This document shows, in pieces, positions 55,492 to 56,619 of a stretch of 56,619 bases of DNA. The stretch spans positions 1 through 56,619 of the forward strand of contig DAOUZE010000001.1 in the NCBI GenBank assembly GCA_030665765.1, written 5' to 3'. Positions within the stretch are counted from its first letter, which is position 1; every line of letters starts with the position of its first letter. The DNA is from Filomicrobium sp. (GTDB lineage Bacteria > Pseudomonadota > Alphaproteobacteria > Rhizobiales > Hyphomicrobiaceae). The position numbers and the translations under genes are program-made. Below the pieces are notes generated by a model, which saw nothing but the letters and a program-made list of their open reading frames with translations, was not told the origin of the DNA and searched no databases.

Positions 55492-56619
55492 TTAGCGCTT
55501 TGTGTAGTCCGCGACCGATAACAGCGCCTGGCGCACCAGCTCGCGAACACCTTCCGCGACGCTTCGGTCGGTCGCCGCCGATGCGATGAGCCATCCGATT
55601 ACCACGAACGTTAAAACCGGCACGACATAGATCTGACCCGCCCGAAGGGTCGTCAGTTTTGATCCCCGTTCGAGTTGGTTTTCATCCTTGCTTTCACGTA
55701 CTTCGAAGATCGACAACGCGATCATTAACGAGACGATAGCGTAAGAGCAGACGAAGATCTTGTCGGACAACGTGATCTCGTCGGAATTGGGTTGAGCCAG
55801 CGTGAAGTAAAGCGCGATTGCCGACAACAGGGCCGTCACCTGGATGGCAATAGTGGCGTTGAATTCGCGTCGAGGGATATAGGCAGCCAGATAGGCTACG
55901 ATTAAAATGAAGACGAGCGGTACAACAACCCGGACCAGATAATCGATTACTGAACGCCGCATCACCCAGGTGTAGTTGAAGTTGTAATAGGGCACGACAT
56001 GCTCTTCCAGATGTCGACCACGCACCGAGGTGATGATGCGGTCGGTCGTGCCCACGTAATGACTGACGAGCTTCCAGTCTTCTACTCGGAACAATTTGTG
56101 GCGTAAGCGCTCACCCGGCGGCTGAAGGATAAAGACGGAACTAGAGTCTGCAGGCTGGAAGGAGATCGTGACGAGCTGTTCGTCGAATGGATATTTTGAG
56201 AGGTCCGGCTCGAATGCGAAGCGTCCCATAACGTGATAAATCCGCCGTGGTCCAAGCCCCATCGCCACGTCATCATGGTATTTCGCGACTTGCCGCCATC
56301 TTATCGGTTCCCTGGCGGTATTGCTGCGAAACGCGTTGGTGAAGTCGATCGCTTCGATCGACATGTCCTTGTGAGAACGCAGCGTCAGGTAGAACTCCGC
56401 ATCGAACCGCCGTTCGTTGGTGTCCACCTCGAACAATCGGATCATGTCGAGATGCAGGTAGAGCACGGGCACATCGTACATTTTGCCATCGACGCGAATG
56501 AACTGCGTGGGGTGTAGCACCGGTTTCGACTGTCCTGGCGTGCGCCACAGCAACATGGCCCGCTCCGAGGTGGCGCGGTCCTCATCGAACGTCCAGTACT
56601 GAGCGCGACCCTTCCAATA
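55492..56619 (-). CDS. Prokaryotic pentameric ligand-gated ion channel domain protein, 5' part outside window
   Basis: F.AEFYL, Pro-loop DLSKYPFDEQ, four TM helices (VVVPLVFIL; IQVTALLSAIALYF; LSDKIF; YVVPVL); the frame stays open to position 56619. Confidence 0.8.
   Translation of the reverse strand, partial: YWKGRAQYWTFDEDRATSERAMLLWRTPGQSKPVLHPTQFIRVDGKMYDVPVLYLHLDMIRLFEVDTNERRFDAEFYLTLRSHKDMSIEAIDFTNAFRSNTAREPIRWRQVAKYHDDVAMGLGPRRIYHVMGRFAFEPDLSKYPFDEQLVTISFQPADSSSVFILQPPGERLRHKLFRVEDWKLVSHYVGTTDRIITSVRGRHLEEHVVPYYNFNYTWVMRRSVIDYLVRVVVPLVFILIVAYLAAYIPRREFNATIAIQVTALLSAIALYFTLAQPNSDEITLSDKIFVCSYAIVSLMIALSIFEVRESKDENQLERGSKLTTLRAGQIYVVPVLTFVVIGWLIASAATDRSVAEGVRELVRQALLSVADYTKR

Noticed and set aside
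1-56619. CRISPR arrays, tRNA/rRNA genes, IS elements, integrases or prophage genes
   Set aside because: No regularly spaced repeats, RNA-gene signatures or transposase/integrase motifs were recognised by eye; short RNAs could have been missed.

Overview
Alphaproteobacterial chromosome segment, probably Hyphomicrobiaceae (inferred from the porin N-terminus ADLGGDCCADLEER, a Shemin-pathway hemA and a one-Cys DksA). It has three blocks. (1) 1-10072 is a GntR-linked organic-acid catabolic locus: a TctC/Bug binding protein, an enolase-superfamily enzyme, a two-subunit aconitase X, a four-subunit SDH/FRD-like oxidoreductase, a two-subunit class I fumarase/tartrate-dehydratase-like enzyme and an EthD-like protein. 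The aconitase X, flavoprotein and hydro-lyase all deviate from canonical active-site motifs, which makes this the best candidate for an undescribed pathway. (2) About 11.8-37.3 kb is a nitrite-to-N2O denitrification island: Crp/Fnr (NnrR/Dnr) regulator, norCBQDEF, hemA, nnrS, nirX, a truncated nirI, a divergent nirS, a nirT-nirB fusion, a cupredoxin, nirECF(DL)GHJN and cbiX. It carries four similar NNR-type boxes, one of them in front of a ubiquitin-like protein that lacks the terminal GG. (3) 37.3-56.6 kb is mostly housekeeping and envelope genes: yihY, nhaA, an L,D-transpeptidase, AapJ-like protein, an EF-hand pseudogene, vWA/MoxR, two tandem porins, ycjXF, dksA and a pentameric ligand-gated channel. 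No rRNA, tRNA, CRISPR or IS element was recognised. All family calls come from motif recognition by eye, without database searches.
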